Source of the DNA: Thelocarpon superellum
Lineage: Eukaryota
Reading direction: 5' to 3'
NCBI GenBank assembly: GCA_026025795.1
Contig: JAPEUG010000102.1
Location: 1 to 46,508, forward strand
Length of the DNA: 46,508 nucleotides
This document shows positions 1 through 11,729 of the stretch, piece by piece. Every line of letters starts with the position of its first letter. The stretch's first letter is position 1. The position numbers were made by a program, and so were the translations under genes. Below the pieces are notes generated by a model. That model was not told the origin of the DNA, searched no databases, and was given only the letters and a program-made list of their open reading frames with translations.

Positions 1-547
1 ACACCATCACACCATCACACCACATCGCACCGCACCACACTGAATCGAATGGAATCGAATGGCATCACTCCGCAACGCATCGAATCGGAATCTCCACTAG
101 CTCTCTTCCCCGCTCGCCCATTCCACTACTGCGCTCTTCTCTTCCCTCGTCTCCCTTCCCCCTCCACTCTCACATTCAACCTCCACTCCATCCATTCCCG
201 CAGTCTCTGCCTCCCTCTCATCAGCCTCCTATCCTCTTCCCATCGCCTCCTTCGTTGATCCACTCCGCCTGACCCGCCATGTATCCATCCATCCGCCGTC
301 CACTACCCACCATCCCATCCGCTTCGATTGAACAACAACCTTCACGTCCGTCGTAGGATGCCACACCCAAGGAAGGAAAGATCGAATCAGAGGAAGAGGA
401 GGAAGACATCATGTATTTGTGTACGCGGAGGACCAAGTAGGCGAGCAAGGGGCGCGAGGTGAAGGAACAAGGACCGAGAGAGCAGGAGTGAGAGACGAGG
501 AGACGAGGAGTCGGAGGGAGCGAGAAAGGGTGCCCCGTCTCTCCACT

Positions 548-1523
548 TCACATGATCAGACATCGCTTCTTCTTGCCGTCCTTCTTCGTCAAGAGGGCGG
601 CGCGCGTGGCGTGCTCAAAAACCTCACGAACGCCTTCGTTGGTCTTGGCCGAGCACTCCAGATACTTGTAGGCACCGATCTTCTTGCGCACTTCCTCGCC
701 CTGCATCGATCGTCAGCGCGTGCCCTGCTTGTCGTTGTATCTCGCACCCAACCCACCTGTTCGGGGGTCACGGGCTTCTGCGATGTCTTGTGCAGCTCCT
801 CGATGGTCTTCTGATCGTATCGCAGATCCTTCTTGCATCCCACAAGGATGATGGGCAGGTTGTGGCAGAAGTGGAGGACCTCGGATATCCACTATCACGC
901 CACCTTCCGTCAGTCTCTCGTGCCTGCCATCGGGGCACGTGCTGCGGGTGCAGCGCATGTACCACGCGCCCGCATACCTTTTCTTGCACGTTATCAAGGG
1001 AATCGGGCGAGTCGACGGCGAAGCAGATCAGGATGACATGCGAGTCAGGATAGGAGAGCGGGCGAAGACGGTCGTAATCTTCTTGACCCGCCGTATCCCA
1101 GAGCGCGAGTTCCACGTGCTTGCTATCGACCTCGACATCGGCCACATAGTTCTCGAACACGGTGGGCACGTAGACCTATGCACCGTGCGTCAGCATCGGC
1201 GTCACACCGTTACCTCTCGGCGATGGGGGTGGCTGGGGCGCGATGCCCAAGATCCGAGAGCTGATGACGCGTGCGGCGGTTGGCGCAGCGCCCGGGGCAG
1301 CGCTGCGGCAGCTCCGACGGCGGGGACGGGCGGCATGCTTACCTCAGGGAAGGTTCCTTTTGAGAAGACGCTGACACGACGGATTAGCCTCCCGGGCTCC
1401 GCCATCTCCCGTGACCGCGACGGGCATCGGCCGCGGAGGAGACGGATGGACTCACATCAACAGACAGGTCTTTCCGCAGGCACCGTCACCGACGATGACG
1501 AGTTTGCGACGGATCTCGGCCAT
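548..1523 (-). CDS. rho1: Rho1 small GTPase; exons 1523-1456, 1370-1343, 1175-978, 891-757, 700-548
   Basis: Spliced protein [42 protein letters not shown]...[17 protein letters not shown]...KKKRCLIM*; four GT-AG introns restore the frame. Confidence 0.97.
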
Positions 1524-1707
1524 CGTGGGAGATCAGGGAGGCGTGGATGGAAGGCTCGGCGTCGACGGGACAGGGGCGACAATGGCAGCAAGGAGAGCGG
1601 CAAGGACACGGAGGATGATGATGATGGAGCGTGGTGGGTTGTTGAGGAATCGAAGCAGGTAGGGTGAGTGGAGCGAGGCTGCAGTGCTAGTCGATTGCTT
1701 AGGCGAT

Positions 1708-1731
1708 CTTGCACTTGCACTTGCACTTGCA
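1708..1731. repeat. (CTTGCA)4 microsatellite upstream of rho1
   Basis: Read directly from sequence. Confidence 0.85.
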
Positions 1732-3461
1732 CTCACGCACCGCCGCTCGCCGCTCGCCGCTCGCTGCTCGCTCTTCGCTTCTGCTCCACTTGCCCGCTTG
1801 TCCACGACTACGAGGTGGGGAGAGGAGTAGCCGCCAAAGCGCTGCCTGCTCGACATTACGGCACACCGAATCGGCCGTCGGGACGACTGATGGCGCGCCG
1901 GAGACGCTCGTTCACTCGACCGTTCCCTCGGCGTGCCAACGCCCGTGCCCACGAACTCTCACCACCGTTTCACGACGTGGGACCCGGCCAGAGGATACGA
2001 CCATCTCCGTCGCCCACGGCACCATCAGGGCACAGGCGGCGCACGGTGTGATTTACGAGGTACAATGTCACGACCACTGCTGGGAGAATGCTCCTCAAGG
2101 CGTTGGTGCAAGGATCCCTGACCATGGACTGATCGATGTCGCCGCCAGCGATGCATGGCGCCGTATGTGGAGGTGTGGGGGAAAATTGTGGTCCACGGCT
2201 GCACTGTCGTATTGTCTGCCTGGTCCGCTATCCCTACCATTGATGCCCACGCGACTGTCACGAGGCAAGAGGTGTAGTGCGCGCAGACATCAATTCACTG
2301 CGCAAGTACGAAGTATGTTGCTACTTGTAGACCCGATTTCCATTCAACGAGACCCGCGGTCGAGAAATTTGGTCCACTGGCGTACGCAACGACGCTCGCT
2401 ATAAGGAACCGAGAACGGAGTGCACCCTACAAGCTCTCCGAGGAGCGACCGGAGCGTCCACCACCTCCGACGGGTCCTTGGGAGGCCTGGAAGCTCTGAT
2501 CATGGCCTCCTGATCCGGCAAGGTGGCGCGAGGCCTGATGGAAGAACTTTGAAGAGTATGCTTCGGCTGACGCACCGTCTTGGGCCATACCCACCACCAG
2601 GACGAGTATGGCATCTTGACGTGCTGCCTGTGGCCACGACGGACGACCAGATTGAGCGGAGCGCCGGCTAGATTGCACGGTCTGGTGGCCCTGTCACCAT
2701 GGCGAGCGCACGCCATGACGCGAGGCCGGCGGTGTTGGTCCGCCTAGCGACCGATCCAAGCGTCTTTCAGCTCGTCAGGGGTTTCTGGTTACGAGGGCGC
2801 CCCTACGACGTGCCCGTCAGGAGTACTTTACGCCGTACCTTCGCGCCGCCCTTCCAGAAGTACTCCTCCCCGTGTTGCCACCAGTCTCTAGTCGCACTCG
2901 CCTGGCGTCGGGAGGATTCATACTGGTCGGCAAAAGCGTGGGGCGCAGCGGTGATCGGCGTCACTATCGACGACCAGCTCACTTGGCCCGAACCAGGTTC
3001 ATTGAACAGCTACCGGATCGGCCGCGTTCCCGGACGCGTATGGGCGGAGGCGGCCCACTGCCCTCTGTATCCAGGATGTTTCCCCCGCTGGTAACGCCCA
3101 GACGTGCCTCAGGTAAGCGCTACCTGGCTGTCGCAGACAAGACCTCTCTCGAGCTTTGCTCAAGGTTACGGGAGCGTCGTTCGCTCGCTTGCCCATCTCT
3201 TGGGCGATCGCCGTGCGGGTTGTTGCATGCCGTGGATGGCCGTTGGCTTCGTCAGTTACCCGAATTTGCCCGCATTGTTCAGTGACATCAATAGGCGGGA
3301 TCATGCACTTGGATCCTCTCCTTCCTACGGGAGGTTCTACAGTTCTAGGTGATTGGGACAGAGATGATCATCTTGGATGGTACATCCACCCATGTCCCAT
3401 CTTGACGCCGTACCCGATGCCCCCCAGGCTCCAGACTCTCAAAGTCCTGAATTACAGATGC

Positions 3462-4290
3462 TCAGCCGAGCCCGATCGCTCGTCCTAACCTCATCCTCCA
3501 CCCCTCCCAGGAGTTTAGCTTTGGTCGAACGTCGAGGAAGAAGTTGAGGCTCTTGCCCTTTCCTTCGTCCTTGCCAGCGTAGAAGTCGATGACGTAATCG
3601 ACCTTGGTCCCACAGCGATCGACCACCCAGTCATGTCGATCAAAGGGTGCTTGGTATCCAAGCACGGTGTAGAGTCGTGCACGAGGTGTCATGGCAGCCG
3701 CGGTGCCGGAGAAGGAGTCTAATCGAGGTCCTCCACAGCTGCGCAAACATTCTCGTCAGTCTCCACATCAGGTCTGCCTCGGAGTTCAAGACCTACCGCT
3801 CTGCGCCTTGGCCCTTCTCCCATTGTTTGATCTCCATCCAGGCGCGCTCGTTGACGGCGTTGTGGATGGGTACGATGGCGCGCATATCCTCGGTCTTGGG
3901 GTCGTAGTTCTTCCTCTTCATGGCGTTGAAAAACATCTGCTCGGATGGGTAGATCCACTTGCCCGAGGCCGACACGCCGCTCTCCTGCTCGCTGTTTGCC
4001 GGCTCCATGTCGTCGGTAGGCGAGCCTGCGCGCGGGATGCTGGACACTTCTCGGTCGGTGCCCAACGGCGGAGCCCTCCACCATTTCGGCGCCGGTAGCG
4101 TGGACGGAGAGTGTTGAGCGCGGGAAGGTTGTAGGGTTTGGTCCATCCTTGACGAATCACAACTCTCGGCCGATCCACCGAGCATCGCAGGTCGGGAATC
4201 GGAGTGAGATGAGGTTCTGGCGTTCTCCAGCCATATCGAGCGTGTCTTGTGATCTACCGGACAGGCCGACTTCTCCGTATCGTCGCTCAT
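3462..4290 (-). CDS. CYT2: Holocytochrome c-type synthase, probably cytochrome c1 heme lyase; intron 3739-3796
   Basis: N-terminal CPVDH heme-regulatory motif; WIYPSEQMFFNAMKRK, IVPIHNAVNERAW, PFDRHDWVVDRCG, YVIDFY, LDVRP. CYT2 versus CYC3 is less certain than the family call. Confidence 0.88.
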
Positions 4291-4693
4291 TTCCTTCTCT
4301 TGAGATTCTCATCGGATGGACCTTCAGACGGGGGACCAAGGTCAGCTAGGACATTGACCCTGAACCTCCAGTGGTAAAAGTAGTACTGATGGACTCTTTC
4401 GCCGCCGTACGTCACCAAAGTCAGGGTGCTCGCGACACGCAGATCCGTCTCAGGCGCGCCATGATACGCTAGCCACGCCGCCGCCAGGAGTCAGCTCGTT
4501 CATCGCTGGCGCCTCTGATTGGACGATCAGCTCAAGCTCCGCGAGCGCCTTCTGAGCCTTCTGAAGTCACGCATTCCTACGCCTCTCGGTAGAAGTGGAG
4601 AGCACGGAAGCTACAAGATCTATGTTGTAGGCATGCCCCTGTCGGTCGCCGCACCTATAAACTTGCCTTGCCCCACTTGCCTCTCTGTCCATA

Positions 4694-5944
4694 ATGACGG
4701 ACTCCAGGATATATCGAGCCAGTGCGACTGCACCCGTGAACATTGCCGTGATCAAGTGCGTGCCGTGTCTGCCGTCCCCCGCTGGCACCATTTGATACTC
4801 ACCAGGCTTCAGGTACTGGGGGAAACGAGACATCCCATTGATCCTCCCCACCAGTTCCTCGCTGTCCGTCACGCTGTCGCAGGATGACCTGCGGGCCCAT
4901 ACCACGGCCACGTGCTCATCCAGCTATGCTCCGGCGGACACGCTGCTGCTCAATGGCGAAGTGCAGAACATCGACAACTCACGCACGACGAAATGCTTCG
5001 CGGCCCTACGACAGCTGCGGAAATCGTTAGAAGAGAGTCACCCCTCCCTACCTCCGCTATCTCAATACCCGCTTCACCTGGCATCAGCCAACAACTTCCC
5101 CACCGCGGCCGGACTGGCCAGTTCCGCCGCGGGCTTCGCCGCCCTGGTCCGCGCTGTGGCCAACCTGTACGAGCTCCCCACCTCAGCCACCGAGCTCTCC
5201 CGCATCGCCCGCCAAGGCTCCGGGTCTGCATGTCGCAGCCTCTTCGGCGGCTACGTGGCCTGGAACATGGGCGAGCGAATGGACGGCGCCGACAGCGTGG
5301 CAGTACAGATCGCACCGGCGTCGCACTGGCCGAGCATGCGGGCGCTGATCCTCGTGGTATCCGCGGCCAAGAAGAGCGTCAGCTCGACAGCAGGGATGCA
5401 GAGCACAGTCGCGACGTCGAGCCTCTTCCCTCGACGAGCAGCCGAGATCGTACCCGCGCGGATGCGAGCCATGGAGCGCGCGATCCAGAGCCGCGACTTC
5501 GACAGCTTCGCGCACATCACCATGTGCGAGAGCAACAGCTTCCACGCCACCTGCCTCGACACCGACCCGCCCATCTTCTACCTCAACGATGTCTCGCGCG
5601 CCGCTATCCGCGTCGTCGAGGGCATCAATGCCCACGCCGGCTCCCGCGTCGCTGCTTACACTTTCGACGCCGGCCCCAACGCCGTCGTGTACTACCTCGC
5701 GGAGAACAGTGCGGCCGCTACGGACGTGTTTCGAGATGCTCTGGGCCATCTGGAGGGATGGACGGCCGGTGGGGCCCCTTCTACCACCGCCACTCCGTCG
5801 CCGATCCCCGCGGCCGTAGATCGAAAGGCCCTAGCGGTGCTGAAAGAGGGCGTGAGCCGCGTCATCTTGACCGGTGTAGGCGAAGGGCCCCTAAGCACGG
5901 ACGAACACCTGATAGGCGCCGATGGGGAGGTGGTGAGGGGTTGA
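4694..5944 (+). CDS. MVD1: Diphosphomevalonate decarboxylase; intron 4756-4812
   Basis: TAPVNIAVIK|YWGKRD, NNFPTAAGLASSAAG, ARQGSGSACRSLFGG, AYTFDAGPNAV. Confidence 0.97.
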
Positions 5945-6036
5945 TGGACGATACTTAGAGATGCACAGTTGTCCAATCCCTTTCGTTCCTCTACCCCTGA
6001 CTTAAATGCGACGACGTCTAGAAGGACCGGGGACTG

Positions 6037-9000
6037 CTAGCCCAGAATAGCCAGCCGCTTCATATCCTGGACGATGGGCACATCCAGACTCACTTCTGTC
6101 CTCCCACCCTCCTGCTCTTCCTCCTTTCCGCCTGCATCGGCATCCTGGGACACGCGCACGTTCGCACGCGCCGCCGGCTCGAAAACCTCCACCACGCACC
6201 GCTGACACAGTGCCAGCACGTCGCTCATGGCTCGCTCGAGCGCGAGACCGCGTTCGCGCATATGGCGAGTAGCACAGGCGCGCAGGAGGCGGTCCACGTC
6301 GTCGCGAACACTGTCCACGCGCTCCATCAGGCGCCGAAGCGAATTCACGAGGTACTCTTCCTCGTACACGCTACCCTTTTTGCCGCGCGCGCGCTTGCGC
6401 TCTTCTCGTCGTCGGTTCTTGCTACTTCGTCGCGTCGTGTGGCTGTTCAAACTCCCCGTTTGGCCGGTGTATCGTGTGAATAGCGAGGCGGACGTCGACA
6501 TTGTCGTATTTGCCAGTGATACGTTATCTGGAATATCGCCTTCTGTCGTCGGACCGTCGTAGAAGCCCACTGCTCTAAAGGTTAGCCGGGCGATGGTGGC
6601 TGCGACGGGAGGGGATCTCGCACGGGGATCTTCTTCCTTTTTCGTACGTAACTCCCGTATTCGAGGCACTTGCGCGTTAATCTGCCCTCTGCATTCTGCT
6701 AGTAGTTCCGAGGTCGTCACGAGCCCGTCGATCAAGCCTTGGTCGATCACTGGTTCGAGGAGATCGAGACGACGTTTCAATCCAAGAATCCGGGCGGCTT
6801 CGGCGAAGAAGTACCCCTTGCACCAGGAACGTGCTGCTAACTCGACGTCGTCTTTATAGTCGAGGTAGAGAGTTGCGGCGTTGAAGTAGTCTTTGGCTTC
6901 GTATAAGCCATCGGCAAGTGTCGTTGCGAGGTCACGGAGCCGTCCCGGTTCCAATGGTATTCGAGAGGCGCTGAAGAGCGCTTCTCGCCATCGTCCAGCC
7001 GCTCGGTATGCCTCCATGGCTTTTGTATGTTCGGAGAGATAATCGTAGACTGGCTAATCAGTTCAAGCTGCGAAAGGGAGTCACGCCACACTTACTCGGA
7101 GCGGCCTCGTCGAATTGAGATGCTTGATCTAAGTGTTCGGCGTACAGCTTGAGAATCTCGTTAAGCCGTGGTGCCTGGTATCGACAGAGCTTCAAGCCTT
7201 CCTCAAATAGCTCGTGCTTCACGACATAGAGGTTGACCTCCTGAACAGCTTCCATGTCGTGGAGATGTTTCAAGGCCTTTCCATGCCGTTTGAGTCCATC
7301 GTCAATGGTATACTGCCTTCGCAACTGAGTCATCTCTTGTAGCTTCTGCAGAAAGGGCAGATATTCGCGCGGATCCTACAACGAAGTCAATATGTAGTAT
7401 CTATGGAGCGAATGAAACGTACCTTTTGTGATTGTTGAGCCACTAGGAGAGTCAAGTCAAGATCATAGAGACCAAGAGCATTGTCATACAATCGGTTGAT
7501 ATCTGCCAGGAAGCAGATGTGTTCCACTGCTCTTTCTAGCAGATTCGAATTCTCTCCTACGAAGGTTAGACGGATGTCGCCTTCCCGAAAGACTTCATAG
7601 GTTTCGTTGATGTTCTACTCACTTCTCAACCGTCCCACGACCAACAATCCTGCGTCGAGGTCTGGAGGTACTTTGCACACGTGAGCGGTGATGATGTTTT
7701 GAAGGTTTGTTGCTCCGCGCTGATTCAGCGCGGCGAGTAAGGCATCGCAGATTCGGTTGACTTTCGACTGTGACGGTTGTCCAATTTCTGAAATGTCTTT
7801 CTTCGAGTCATCTTCATGCATACCCTCGGACGGCGAGGTCTCTTGATACATAGTCCTCGACACATCTTCCTCGCTACAGCACACTCACTTAGTATGCATG
7901 GACCAGGCAATGTTGGTCAAAACGTACCGTAACTGGGATAGGAATAGATCGATGTGCTCTATTTTCTTAACCTGATCCACAAACAGCCCGACCTGAGCCA
8001 TGAATTGTTCCGGTGCGTGGTCATGGAGGATGTTCATGTCCACGCGATGGTTTCGACATGCAAAGAAGGCCGTTTTGTAGTCCTTGTTGGCGATAGACCT
8101 CCGGATTCCTGCCAGAACCAGCGCTCGGGGATAGATGGTCTCCAGGTTACCGCGTGGCATCTGCAGCACCACGGAGAAGGTTGTTGGCATGACCGTAATC
8201 AGCTTGGCGCCACGCTCAATACTCCTGCAACGTTCATCGCTCTCGGGATTATCTGGCGGGACTTGAAGGACTAAGGACAGTCAGACCGACTTGAACCTTT
8301 GCAGGTGGGGTGCATACATTCAACGGTGGCCATGTGGACGAACTTGATGAGATGTTGCGTGGTCGTCAGGATGAGATGCGCCGAGGTGGCTAGAAATGAG
8401 GTACAGTTTCGGACCAGCAATCGTTCATTGGCGTAGAGGGAGCCGTTTGCTGAGAGTCCAAAGACAATGGACTGTTTCGTGTCAGCGCCGGCCCCACGTT
8501 CACTGCCTCTGTGAGCTCGACTCACCTGCTCAGCATGGTGGATGGATTCGATCCACGGCGTACTTGTTGGCAACTTTGTCACATCTTGCAGGCCGAGCTT
8601 TCCATGCTCAAGGGCACTCTCCGCAACCACGTTGGCTTCGGTCTGGACACAGATCCGTTCATAGTCAAGGCTTGCGAACATCCTACTAATGTGCGTTGGC
8701 ATCTCATAGCATGTTTCCGGACTCTGTTGGTCAAGAACCGAGTACTGGTATATGACCGAGCGGATGTGATCAGACCCCAGAATAAAGATATGCGAATCCT
8801 CGAGGAAACAAATCTGTCGTGGCATTGGTGTCATCTTCTTGGAGAGGTTGATACGATGGGTTCGCTGATGCTCAGTGTCGGACGGATTTGACGGTTGCCA
8901 AACGTAGACGTCGACCGTCGGACCGCACAAGGCGGCGATGTGCGTCCCGCTTCGACTGACAGCCGCGTCGATGACATTCGACGAGGTTGAGATCTCCAAG

Positions 9001-10410
9001 AGTGCCATCGGGGGCGGCATGTTTGCCGTCCTTAGAGGCGTGACTTTGAGGACAGCTATCTCAATCAGCAGGAAGTCTTGGCGGCTTCTCTGAGAGACTG
9101 ACCCCCATCGATGACTGCCTGTACGCCGTAGTCGCTGGGTAACATTGTCGACCCTCTCGCAGTGATGAGAGCATATTCTAGGACGGTCATGGAACCTGTC
9201 AGGAGTGTTAGCGTTCACTTCAATACAGAGACGCGTGCCATGATCACGCACATGACAACGGAAGTGCAAGGCGCAAAGAAGCCTCGGGGTGCCATGGATT
9301 CGAGCTCGCGGTGACCGCAAGTGAGAACGTTGGGAAGGGGATGTCTTGCTTCAGATAGTAATGGTAGTTGCCCATGGTCCATAGCTGCACGCGATCCTTG
9401 AAGTAAATGGCCAGCACGGTGGAATCGATATTCCAGTCGAGGAGGACGTCCGATGCCCAGCTGCTCATCTCTTCAACACCAAGACGCAAGGCGAACTCGC
9501 CGTGACGTAGTCCGTTCCGCTCAAAGAAGACAACCTCTAGACGGTCCGTCTTACGTTGGACCGCGGCCATGAGGTTGCCGGCCGGCCGCCAACTCAAGGC
9601 GCCTTCTAGACCATCCACGGGTTCGCTAACGCTGTCAAGCTGACCGTCTCGCGAGTAGACGCGGATGATTCTCCTGGATTCCGGCTGCAGGGTGGAGATG
9701 GCCAGATATGCGCCATCGCCTCGCCAGCTGATGATTGCCCGTCCTTGGTCACAGGGGCTGGGTCGACCGTGGTCGACCGTCTCGGGCATGGTAGGATCCC
9801 GCAAGGCCTTGGCACGCTTTCCCTTGAATTGCGTCTCGGACTTGCCCCAGCCGACGGAGACATGATTCGAGGCCTTGAGATCTTCCGCTGTCATGGGAAC
9901 CTCTGCCACGTTCTCAATGTCCCGGCTCATGTAAAGCAGTGTGTCGGCACGGGTGGTGATTGCCAGCAGTTCGCCATCGGGCGACCAACGGGCAGCGGTG
10001 ATGCCGACGTCGACCGTCCCCATGACCTCCACCTTCTCCTGATGTGATGCCGGCTGTTCACGGACGACGATAATGTCGCCCCCTGCGAGAACCAAGCAGG
10101 CCTGGGCATCTTCAGAGGAGTAGTGGAGAGATAGGACACGGTCGCAGACTAGGTCCGGTAACGGGCACGGTGCATCCCACGCAGCAATCACCCCGACCTG
10201 CTCTCCGTTCAGACCGTTCCGTGGCGTTTGGGGATGATGCCGCCATGCCGAGGAAGGGTCAACACGAGCCAACGTGATGCTCGCCTTGCCCTGCGTTGGT
10301 CCAAAGGCACAGATCAAGTCATCAGAGACGGCATCCCATGCGGTGGCTGACAAGGCAAGCCCTTGGTCGAAGGAGACAGTCGACCACCGTATGTTCTTGA
10401 GGTTACGCAT
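6037..10410 (-). CDS. ELP1: Elongator subunit 1; exons 10410-9252, 9195-9103, 9055-8526, 8471-8318, 8270-7928, 7873-7623, 7556-7423, 7375-7096, 7049-6624, 6569-6037 (alternative ATG at 10416)
   Basis: MRNL start, VSVGWGKSETQFKGK, FFERNGLRHGEF, LWTMGNYHYYLKQ, LQMPRGNLETIYPR, SQKDPREYLPFL, RRREERKRARGKKGSVYEEEYLVNS; nine GT-AG introns restore the frame. Confidence 0.95.
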
Positions 10411-10757
10411 TGTCACGCTATCGTGACGTAAAGGAGAACATGGTCATATCCAGTCCAGGTAGATCAGGTTGAATTGAAGATTTGCTCTGGGAACGGGCCT
10501 GTTGCAGACGATTGCCATGAAGATGGCAAAGTGCGCTACGGTCGGGCCAAGTTGTGACTCGCATCTCCAACTTCCGTCACGACCCCAAATGAGATCCGAT
10601 TGGATCTAGCCGCCTCTGCCGGGAGCCGATAATGCTCACGGTCCAGCAGGTCTTGCCCAGCCAGACGTTGACATGGATTCGATCACACGGGGACATTGCA
10701 TAGAGAACGGGGCACATTCTACAGTACGCGGCTTGATGTATGACACACAGCCCTTCA

Positions 10758-10804
10758 CCAGACCTTGCCAGACCTTGCCAGACCTTGCCAGACCTTGCCA
10801 GACC
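10758..10804. repeat. (CCAGACCTTG)x4.7 tandem repeat between COX7c 3' end and ELP1 start
   Basis: Four perfect 10-mers plus CCAGACC. Confidence 0.9.
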
Positions 10805-10850
10805 CAGTTGAACGTCTATCTCTAGGAAACCACACGACACACTTCCTGCG

Positions 10851-11302
10851 CTACTTGTTCTTGTACGTCTGCCATACTGTATTGCCACATCTTGTCAGCA
10901 TTGTCCAGAAGATCACCGTTCCCATCTCCTCGGGCCTTGGTAAGTAGAAGGAGAATGCCATCCATGACTCACCCGCAATGCCAAATGGAGCTCCGAATCC
11001 CACCGCTAAACAGTCTTCAGCATTCGTCGCAGGGGAGCATGGTGTTGACTGTGTCTGCTTACCCATGTACCCCCAGAAGCGCAGAGCGAACCATTTGGTC
11101 AGAGGGTTGAACCTGGTAGGCAACACGTAGTCAGCGTGAAGTGCTCGGATGACGAGGGCAAGCTTAACACGCACGGAAGGTTGGATCGTGGACCCTCGGG
11201 GTAATGGTAGGGGCTGCTCAGACGGGCCCGCGAGACGTGGAAGGCCCGCCGAGCGACGAGGGGCGCGAGTGACGGCGCGGAGACCGCGGACCGGGCCAAC
11301 AT
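10851..11302 (-). CDS. COX8: Cytochrome c oxidase subunit VIIc (yeast Cox8-like); exons 11302-11175, 11112-11063, 11005-10973, 10876-10851
   Basis: Presequence MLARSAVS...RRAFHVSRARLSS then HYPEGPRSNLPFNP...FWGYMAVGFGAPFGIAVWQTYKNK. Confidence 0.9.
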
Positions 11303-11729
11303 CTGCGTGGTCCATCAGCAACATTGCCTAAGTGAGGCCGGAGTAAACGAGGCATACGTTGCACGTGATACCGCAAGGGAAGGATGAAGGACAGACGACG
11401 GAGGAGACGGGAGCAGAGATGAAGATCAGATGGCTGTCTACAGTCCGAGGTCCTCGCAGTTACCGAGATCGAAAGTCGAAAGTCGTGAGGTGTTGATCTC
11501 GGTCGCTTGTCAGCCAATCACAAGTCGTCGATCGTTGCACTTTCTCGATTTGCACAAAGTTCTCTCTACATTCTCCCGGTGCAAGACGTCGAGGGGAGAT
11601 ATTTACATGACGGACAAAGACCGTCCACAAGGCATGTTTCAAGAATCTACGGCGAGTGCCGTCAGGATGAACCACATTCTGTAATCTCCGTCGCCAGCCC
11701 CTTGAACGGAGCGGCGAACGCTCATTGCC

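Noticed and set aside
1..50. CAC/CAT-rich repeats at window start as telomeric sequence
   Set aside because: Not TTAGGG-type; degenerate microsatellite downstream of rho1
2000..3460. Short ORFs and an isolated GTAAGC donor upstream of rho1
   Set aside because: No coherent gene model or recognisable protein; treated as promoter/UTR
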